A stretch of DNA of 64,000 bases from Patescibacteria group bacterium (lineage in GTDB: Bacteria; Patescibacteriota; Patescibacteriia; UBA9934; GWF2-40-263), in the NCBI GenBank assembly GCA_041661745.1, contig JBAZTR010000004.1:12961-76960 (forward strand), given 5' to 3'. The notes below the pieces were generated by a model. The model was not told where the DNA came from. It ran no database searches and was given only the letters and a program-made list of their open reading frames with translations. The position numbers and the translations under genes are program-made. Within the stretch, counting starts at the first letter, position 1, and each line of letters opens with the position of its first letter. This document shows, piece after piece, positions 57,499-64,000 of this stretch.

Positions 57499-58263
57499 AT
57501 GGTTACAAGCCTATTTCTTATAATTATTGGCTGTTGTCTCGGCAGTTTTATCTCGGCTTTGGCGCAAAGAACTGCTTCTGGAACCTCAAATTGGTCTGGC
57601 CGATCACGCTGCGAAAATTGTCATAAATCTCTCTCTTTTACCGATTTGATTCCCATAATCAGTTTCTTGTTTCGTAATGGACGTTGCCGTTTTTGTGGCA
57701 GTGCCATTGGTTGGCACGAACCGGCTACCGAACTTATAACAGGTTTTGTATTTGCCCTTGTTGGCCTGGCCCACAATAACAATGTTGATATTCTTCTTAT
57801 CCGCGACCTAATTTTCTCCGTTTTTTTAATTTTGTTATTTTTGACCGATGTTTACGCCGGTTTACTGCCTCATCGTTTCACGATCACGGCCGTAATTATA
57901 GCTCTGGCTTTTAATTTTGGCATGAGTGAAGAAACCAAAAATATTCTATCGTTTCAGCCATTAATCGGGCCTGCCGTTTGCGGCGGTTTCTTTTACCTAC
58001 AATATTTGATATCGCGCGGGGCCTGGGTTGGCGGTGGTGATATTGGCATGGGGGCTTTTTTGGGAGCAATACTTGGGTGGCAATTTGGTATCTTTGCCAT
58101 TGGCTTGGCTTATATTATTGGAGCAACCTACGCCGCAGTTCTTCTTATAAAAAAAGAAGTCGGCTTGAGCAGTCGCCTCCCTTTTGGTCCGTTTTTAGCC
58201 GTGGCCGGTTGGTTGGTTCTGATTTACGGCAATACTTTTCTTGATTTATTATTCTTTCACTAA
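57499..58263 (+). CDS. pilD: Prepilin peptidase
   Basis: GSF, RSRCENC, GRCRFC, GGGD, PFGPFL. Confidence 0.92.
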   Translation: MVTSLFLIIIGCCLGSFISALAQRTASGTSNWSGRSRCENCHKSLSFTDLIPIISFLFRNGRCRFCGSAIGWHEPATELITGFVFALVGLAHNNNVDILLIRDLIFSVFLILLFLTDVYAGLLPHRFTITAVIIALAFNFGMSEETKNILSFQPLIGPAVCGGFFYLQYLISRGAWVGGGDIGMGAFLGAILGWQFGIFAIGLAYIIGATYAAVLLIKKEVGLSSRLPFGPFLAVAGWLVLIYGNTFLDLLFFH

Positions 58264-58274
58264 TTAGATCAGGG

Positions 58275-58679
58275 TTATAAACTGGGTTCGATAATTTTTA
58301 TAATCGTTACCACCCCTTCACTAACTTCAACCGTGGCCGTCAAATGCCGTGTAACATCATTAACCTCAGCCGTAAAAATAGCTTGTTTTTGTTCAGCCTC
58401 GGGATCGAGTACAGTCAAATCACACGAAACATCTAGCAAGTTTATACTGGCTGGAGCGTAAGTGGAATTATTTGGCAGATGCACTAAGTATTCATCAAGG
58501 CAGGCGAACAATTGACCTCTGGCTGTGCTGGAATCGGCCGAGGAACCGATATTGCTCAAGGAAACAACCACTCCGGCCGCCAATGTTAAAAAAACAGCAA
58601 TTCCGATAAAGCCAATCAAAAGAACTGGCAAAAGAATGGACATGCCTTGCTCGGAAAAATTTAAATAACCTTTGTTCAT
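58275..58679 (-). CDS. Minor pilin-like protein (PilX-like)
   Basis: QG|MSILL hydrophobic N-terminus. Confidence 0.65.
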   Translation of the reverse strand: MNKGYLNFSEQGMSILLPVLLIGFIGIAVFLTLAAGVVVSLSNIGSSADSSTARGQLFACLDEYLVHLPNNSTYAPASINLLDVSCDLTVLDPEAEQKQAIFTAEVNDVTRHLTATVEVSEGVVTIIKIIEPSL

Positions 58680-59239
58680 AATTCGGAAACTGAACTGGGA
58701 ATAGCAATGGTCATGATCAAACTGGATTCGGCGTCCTTATATGGGGCGTCTTCTTTATTTAAGACGGAAAAGGTAACGGTAATATTTATACCAGATAATC
58801 TGCTTGAACCATCGCGTGCCACCTGGGCTATCCAAGTCGTGACGTTGATGTCGGAATCGGTGAGGAATTGTGTTTCGACCCCGCGAGTCCAACGCAAACG
58901 CTTAACAGTTTGATCGCCGCCTGGCAAGGTAATGGTATCATCAATACAATCAATCGTAATGGTTTCCCCGTCGTCATCCACAAAAGAAAACGAACTGGGG
59001 TTGACTCCCCAAGTTGAACCGGAGACATTAAAAGATTGAGCTGAAGCCAACTCGCTCGACAATTCTGAATAGGTTAAAGCCAGGCCGGAATCAAGACGTT
59101 GGCGAACATTAAAAAAACTTGATTCGCGGGCCAGTCGCGTAAAAGCAAAAGCCATCACCGGCAAAAGAATTGCCAGCATGGCAATGGCCATCATGGTTTC
59201 GATAAGAGTTATGCCTCGCTGATCTTTCTTCAGGCACAT
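58676..59239 (-). CDS. Minor pilin
   Basis: RG|ITLIE prepilin motif. Confidence 0.85.
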   Translation of the reverse strand: MCLKKDQRGITLIETMMAIAMLAILLPVMAFAFTRLARESSFFNVRQRLDSGLALTYSELSSELASAQSFNVSGSTWGVNPSSFSFVDDDGETITIDCIDDTITLPGGDQTVKRLRWTRGVETQFLTDSDINVTTWIAQVARDGSSRLSGINITVTFSVLNKEDAPYKDAESSLIMTIAIPSSVSEL

Positions 59240-59254
59240 AATAGAAAACATAAA

Positions 59255-60646
59255 TTAAGGAACTGTGCCACAAATTTGTATGCCGGTAACAGCCTCTGCT
59301 GAGTTCGAAAGAGTGTAATAGGTTCCTTTTATTAGCTGAATGAGGGTTGAGAAACGTAAAGTAAAAGACACGGGGCTACTGGAAAAAAGATCAGTGGACA
59401 ACGCTTGAGACCAAGTAAAACTACCAGTATCTGGATGACTGGTGCCAAGCGAGGCCAGAGTCAAACCGGCGCCATCCTTAAGAATAAAGGCCTCAGCGCC
59501 GGTTGCCTTTCTGGTCCCAGAGGTAAAAGTTATTGTGTGCAGATCCAAGTCTGAAAAAGTCAGATAAATTATTGGATCCAAAATATCGGACGAAATTCCA
59601 CTAAAAGAAGCTCCGATGTTAAGATAACCGCTTGAAGTTGGCGATGAGGTTCTAACAGTAACGCTGTCTGGGGTCGTACCCATGGTTGGGTAATCACCAG
59701 AAGTACTGGTCTTAAACGGAATGTAAAAGTTTAAATCACTGCTTGTAAAACAAGTCAGGGTTCCAGTTCCCGATCCGCTATACGATGGAATAAACGGATC
59801 AGAAACGAAAATCGAACCATCAGTAAATTCAATCGTTAAAGTGAGGGTTGTTGCACTCATGGCCGAATCAAACTGGGTTTTGTTCATATCAAAAATTTCC
59901 CCAGGATTAATTGTGGCGTCAGTAATATCCAAACGGGTGCCGCTCGGTTGAAGGCCGCTTGGTGTACCTGGACCCGAGGAAGACCAAAGTTTGTTTGAAT
60001 CCATGAAAATTTGTTGGATATTGGCTGAATTATCCCAGGTAAAAGTCATGTGGCTTATGGTAAACGGGTCACTGCCGCCGTTTTCCAAATAAAGTTCACG
60101 CAATTGTTTACCGCCATACCACAAAGTTGTTTCAATGTGAAAAATCAAATTGTTGGCGGCTGCTGGCATAAAACAATCACCTTGCGGATCATTCCAACGT
60201 GTCATTAAACCGCTTAATGTTGTTGTATGCTCTCGCCCGGCCAGGTCAGACCATGTAACTTCGCTGGAAACCATTTTACTGTCAGGATCAACGGTGCCAC
60301 CAGAAGCAACAACATTGCAATCTCCGTCGCGCTGGACTTCGGAAATACTAACCGTACGAGTAAAATCACCGATGGTTTCAGAACCGTCAACTATGGTCCA
60401 GTTTGGACTGGAAAAAACCAAATGAGCCGGATCTTTAACAGTCAGGTCATCGAAAGCCAAGGTGCGCAGAGCCTGCAACCCGCTTTCAGCCACGGCTTGA
60501 GCTTGTTCAAACTGATGTACCCGGGCCGAGCCATTAATGTTTAGGGTAAAAAGCGTGCCTAAACCGCCTAAAAAAATAATCACCAAACCGGTCGCCAGTA
60601 AGGCCTCAAGCATGACAAAACCGTGATTTTTAGAAAAGTTGATCAT
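59255..60646 (-). CDS. Large minor pilin with beta-rich C-terminal domains
   Basis: HG|FVMLE motif; start overlaps the upstream stop (ATGA). Confidence 0.8.
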   Translation of the reverse strand: MINFSKNHGFVMLEALLATGLVIIFLGGLGTLFTLNINGSARVHQFEQAQAVAESGLQALRTLAFDDLTVKDPAHLVFSSPNWTIVDGSETIGDFTRTVSISEVQRDGDCNVVASGGTVDPDSKMVSSEVTWSDLAGREHTTTLSGLMTRWNDPQGDCFMPAAANNLIFHIETTLWYGGKQLRELYLENGGSDPFTISHMTFTWDNSANIQQIFMDSNKLWSSSGPGTPSGLQPSGTRLDITDATINPGEIFDMNKTQFDSAMSATTLTLTIEFTDGSIFVSDPFIPSYSGSGTGTLTCFTSSDLNFYIPFKTSTSGDYPTMGTTPDSVTVRTSSPTSSGYLNIGASFSGISSDILDPIIYLTFSDLDLHTITFTSGTRKATGAEAFILKDGAGLTLASLGTSHPDTGSFTWSQALSTDLFSSSPVSFTLRFSTLIQLIKGTYYTLSNSAEAVTGIQICGTVP

Positions 60647-61134
60647 AGGGGCTCCGAAACCACGATCCCTGAGGTTGAAATGGAAATAAGCATCGAATTT
60701 TCGTAACAATCAACAGTAATCGAAGCGGGCGCAACCACCTCGCCGCTTAAGGCATAAAATAAAATCTCATGATCGTTTCCGGCTGAAACCGGATCGCTTT
60801 TAAAAGAAACGAATTCTATATCACGACTAATTGGATAGTTTATATCACGAGCAGCATCACGAGTATCATAACTGTTACCGGAAAAAATAATCACTTCATC
60901 AGTCCGTCGTGAAGTTTCATCATAAGGCACATAAACGCCCCAAGCTGTGCCCGACCGCCCCTCGCGAGCCATTCTGGCCGCGGTTTGAAAAACCATTTCC
61001 ATGGCCCGGACGCTTTGTTTTGACATCGCCTGTTGAAACGAGGAAACCACTTCCAATCCAAGAAAAAAAACAATGGCCAAAACCCCAATAACCACGATAA
61101 TCTCGACAAGAGTAAAGCCGGCGGCTTTTTTCAT
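60643..61134 (-). CDS. Minor pilin
   Basis: AG|FTLVE motif. Confidence 0.85.
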   Translation of the reverse strand: MKKAAGFTLVEIIVVIGVLAIVFFLGLEVVSSFQQAMSKQSVRAMEMVFQTAARMAREGRSGTAWGVYVPYDETSRRTDEVIIFSGNSYDTRDAARDINYPISRDIEFVSFKSDPVSAGNDHEILFYALSGEVVAPASITVDCYENSMLISISTSGIVVSEPL

Positions 61135-61138
61135 AAAA

Positions 61139-62212
61139 TCAAATATTGCCGACCACTGTGTAAATTGGCATTAAAATCGAGACGGCTAAATAACCAATAG
61201 CAAAACCAATAAAAACAACCATGATTGGTTCGAGAAGCGAAGTTAAATTTTTGGTCGATTCATTTATTTCAGCCTCGTAAAACTCCGCCAAATACATAAG
61301 CATTTCGGCCAAAGTTCCGGTTTCCTCACCCACCAAAATCAGACGCATGGCAATGGGTGGAATTAATCTGGGATATTTTTCCAAGACCGAGGTTATAGTA
61401 TTGCCGTGCGACACGCCTTCCTTAACCGCGTTAAGCATGTCGTAATATCTAATATTCCGCATTACCTGCATGGTAATTTCGATTGATTCGTTAATTGGCA
61501 GACCGCTTTTAAAAAGTGTTCCCATTAAACGGAAACTGCGAGCCAAATTTATTTCACGGGCGAGTTTACCGGTAATCGGGACAAACAGAAAAAAACTGTG
61601 AAAAAGCGGTTTAATAAATTTAATACGATAGGTGACGTTGATAGCGATAAGCAGAGCGACACCACCAACCAAAAGCCACATCCACTGAAATCTAATCACG
61701 TCGGAAATCCAAAAAATAATTTTAGTGGTGAAAGGCAATTCAATATCCAACGATTTAAACAAACCGGTAATTTGCGGCAAAATGAAAACCACTATTATTG
61801 TGCCAATTACCAACCCCACCATCATGATCACCGATGGATACATCATGGCCCCACGAATTTTTTGTTTAAGTTCGTGGTCTTTTTCCATTTGTATTACCAA
61901 CTGATCAAGGTCATCTTGCAGGGTACCCGAGGCTTCACCGGCGCGGATCATGTTAATGTATACCGGCGAAAAAGTGTGGGGATATTGGGCCAGACCATCG
62001 GCCAAGGTTTTACCAGTTCTAACTAAACTGGTTAAACTGGTTAAAATTTGGGGCAAAGCGCCTTTTTTATTTTTTGACTGACGATTTAAAATATCCAACG
62101 ATTCGTCGAGCGGCAACCCGGAACGCAACAGAACCGCCAAATACTTGGTAAACAAAAGAAGCTCCACGTGCTTCAGGCGCGGCTGCTGTTTGAAGAGTTT
62201 CTTAAAATCCAT
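61139..62212 (-). CDS. pilC: Type IV pilus platform protein (PilC/GspF)
   Basis: AGEASGTL, AMMYP, VGEETGTL, LLEP. Confidence 0.92.
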   Translation of the reverse strand: MDFKKLFKQQPRLKHVELLLFTKYLAVLLRSGLPLDESLDILNRQSKNKKGALPQILTSLTSLVRTGKTLADGLAQYPHTFSPVYINMIRAGEASGTLQDDLDQLVIQMEKDHELKQKIRGAMMYPSVIMMVGLVIGTIIVVFILPQITGLFKSLDIELPFTTKIIFWISDVIRFQWMWLLVGGVALLIAINVTYRIKFIKPLFHSFFLFVPITGKLAREINLARSFRLMGTLFKSGLPINESIEITMQVMRNIRYYDMLNAVKEGVSHGNTITSVLEKYPRLIPPIAMRLILVGEETGTLAEMLMYLAEFYEAEINESTKNLTSLLEPIMVVFIGFAIGYLAVSILMPIYTVVGNI

Positions 62213-62214
62213 AA

Positions 62215-63624
62215 TTATTCTTGCATGACGCGGACCAGTTCCTCAACCGTTGTTTGAAAAGTTAAAATCTTTCTAACTCCGTCTTCGGCAATGGTTGTCA
62301 TGCCATCTTTTTTTGCTTGTTCTTGAATTTCGGTACTGGAAGCGTGTTTAACGACCATAGATTGAATGGTTGGGGAGTTTTCCAGAACTTCATAAATACC
62401 AATACGGCCATGATAGCCGGTTTGGGCGCACTGTTCGCACCCCTTAACCGCCGCCACTTGAATTTTATCTTTATTACCAAAAAGCTTGCTGATAATGTCC
62501 GGGCCCAAAATTTGTAAGCCTTCTTTTTTAGTAAAATCTTTTTTACCAACGCAATTTGAACAAACCCGACGCACCAAACGTTGCGCCACAATACAAAGCA
62601 AAGTTGAGGCCACCAAAAACGGTTCAACCCCCATATCAATTAAACGCGGCATGGTGGTGGCGGCATCGTTGGTGTGAAGAGTCGAAAGCAGTTTGTGGCC
62701 GGTCATGGCCGCGTTAACGGCAATTTTGGCTGTTTCATGGTCACGAATTTCGCCAACCATGACGATGTCAGGATCTTGGCGAAGTAAAGAACGCAAACCA
62801 GTGGCAAAAGTTAATTTTGCCACGTGGTCAACCTGACTTTGGTTAACCCCGACAATTTCAAATTCAACCGGATCTTCAATTGTAACAATATTAACTTCGC
62901 GTTTGTTTAAAATTTCAAGAACAGCGTAAACCGTCGTGGTTTTACCGGAACCGGTTGGACCGGTGGCTAAAATCATGCCCCACGGTTTACTTACAGCTCG
63001 TTGTACCCGTGCCAAATCCTCTGGAGAAAAACCCAACTGCTCCAAAGTTAATTTATGCGACTGACTGGAAAGCAAACGCAACACGGCTTTTTCACCAAAC
63101 GAGGTGGGAATAACCGAAGCCCGCACATCAACGTCGCCAAGCGGACTAATAAATTTAAATCGACCATCCTGCGGGGCGCGATGCTCGTCGGTACGCATCT
63201 TGGTCAAAATTTTAAGGCGAGCAATCAACTGTAAATAAATAGCCGAGTCGAGTTGAAATTCGTCGCGCAAAATACCATCAATACGAATACGAGCCAGGCC
63301 GTTCTCTTTCCACGGTTCCAAGTGCAAATCAGAAGAGCGGCACAAGTGTGCGTAAATCATTAACTGATCAAAAAGTTTAACTACGGCGTCCTTACTCTCC
63401 CCGGCATTGGCTTGACGCAAACAGTCTTCAACGGCTTTTTTATCGGCCTTTACCGTTGGTTTTGGTTTAACCGAAGTAATAACCGCCTTGGCTTTTGCGA
63501 TTAAGCCCGGTTTGTTTTTGACTGGAGCCGGTACAGACGCCTGAATCGGTTTAGTCGGCACGGTGGCAACTGTTTTTATTTTGGTTTTTGCAACCGGCGT
63601 TTGTTTCCCCCTTAAGATTGGCAT
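62215..63624 (-). CDS. pilB: Type IV pilus assembly ATPase (PilB/GspE)
   Basis: SDLHLEP, GPTGSGKTTT, LRQDPD, GEIRD, STLHTN. Confidence 0.93.
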   Translation of the reverse strand: MPILRGKQTPVAKTKIKTVATVPTKPIQASVPAPVKNKPGLIAKAKAVITSVKPKPTVKADKKAVEDCLRQANAGESKDAVVKLFDQLMIYAHLCRSSDLHLEPWKENGLARIRIDGILRDEFQLDSAIYLQLIARLKILTKMRTDEHRAPQDGRFKFISPLGDVDVRASVIPTSFGEKAVLRLLSSQSHKLTLEQLGFSPEDLARVQRAVSKPWGMILATGPTGSGKTTTVYAVLEILNKREVNIVTIEDPVEFEIVGVNQSQVDHVAKLTFATGLRSLLRQDPDIVMVGEIRDHETAKIAVNAAMTGHKLLSTLHTNDAATTMPRLIDMGVEPFLVASTLLCIVAQRLVRRVCSNCVGKKDFTKKEGLQILGPDIISKLFGNKDKIQVAAVKGCEQCAQTGYHGRIGIYEVLENSPTIQSMVVKHASSTEIQEQAKKDGMTTIAEDGVRKILTFQTTVEELVRVMQE

Positions 63625-63772
63625 AGTTAAAATTATTATAGCAGAAAAATGACAAATTTAAAATCAAAAATAAGTTATCCACACAAAAAAACAAATAAAA
63701 TAGATAAAGAAGTCAAAATGTACTAAAATATAAACAACCTTCCTAAATCAATAATTAAGAACTCACACACAT

Positions 63773-64000
63773 ATGCGCAAGAGTGAACGGGGCTTTACAC
63801 TTATCGAGCTCCTTATCGTTATCGCCATTATCGCGGTGTTAGCCGCCGTGGTATTCGTGGCTTTAAATCCGGCTCAACGTTTCCAACAGGCTCGTGATGC
63901 CCGCCGACAAAGCGACATCGAAAACGTCGCTGCGGCTTTGAAGATGTACCAATTGGATAACGACGGCGATTATCCGACTGGAGTGGCCGCCCTGACCGAT
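63773..64000 (+). CDS. Type IV pilin, truncated by window end
   Basis: MRKSERG|[25 protein letters not shown]. Confidence 0.9.
   Translation, partial: MRKSERGFTLIELLIVIAIIAVLAAVVFVALNPAQRFQQARDARRQSDIENVAAALKMYQLDNDGDYPTGVAALTD

Noticed and set aside
1-64000. CRISPR array
   Set aside because: No run of equal-length repeats with 25-45-nt unique spacers and no cas genes; the repeats are dispersed palindromes

Overview
Chromosomal window from what looks like a Patescibacteria/CPR (Parcubacteria-like) genome using genetic code 11. The lineage is inferred from gene content (DUF4012, DUF3048, TrmB-like regulator, short TsaB, type IV pilus locus) and from the AT-rich, mostly SD-less starts of core genes. 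The AT-rich backbone carries housekeeping genes (mreB, rplJ/rplL, mutM, xseAB, queA, rpmE, prfA, prmC, rplY, rodA, gyrB), a small defence-like island (about 11-18.8 kb), a sensor kinase cluster and a pilus operon. Three things stand out. (1) Four promoter-to-terminator units with dense hairpin structure and no credible ORF: about 1.4 kb on the minus strand (39.8-41.2 kb), plus about 230, 610 and 550 nt between prfA and prmC, the last starting with a tRNA mimic whose anticodon loop is replaced by a hairpin. (2) About a dozen GC-rich single-gene islets with strong Shine-Dalgarno sites, sigma70-type promoters and C/U-rich 3' tails; three clearly and one weakly encode RNA polymerase alpha-CTD-like domains, and three sit in tandem with near-identical promoters and terminators. 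(3) A Phe-codon attenuator in front of an unknown 53-aa protein. Several palindromic repeat families are present, some inserted in frame in housekeeping genes. All calls are by eye; no searches or folding were run.
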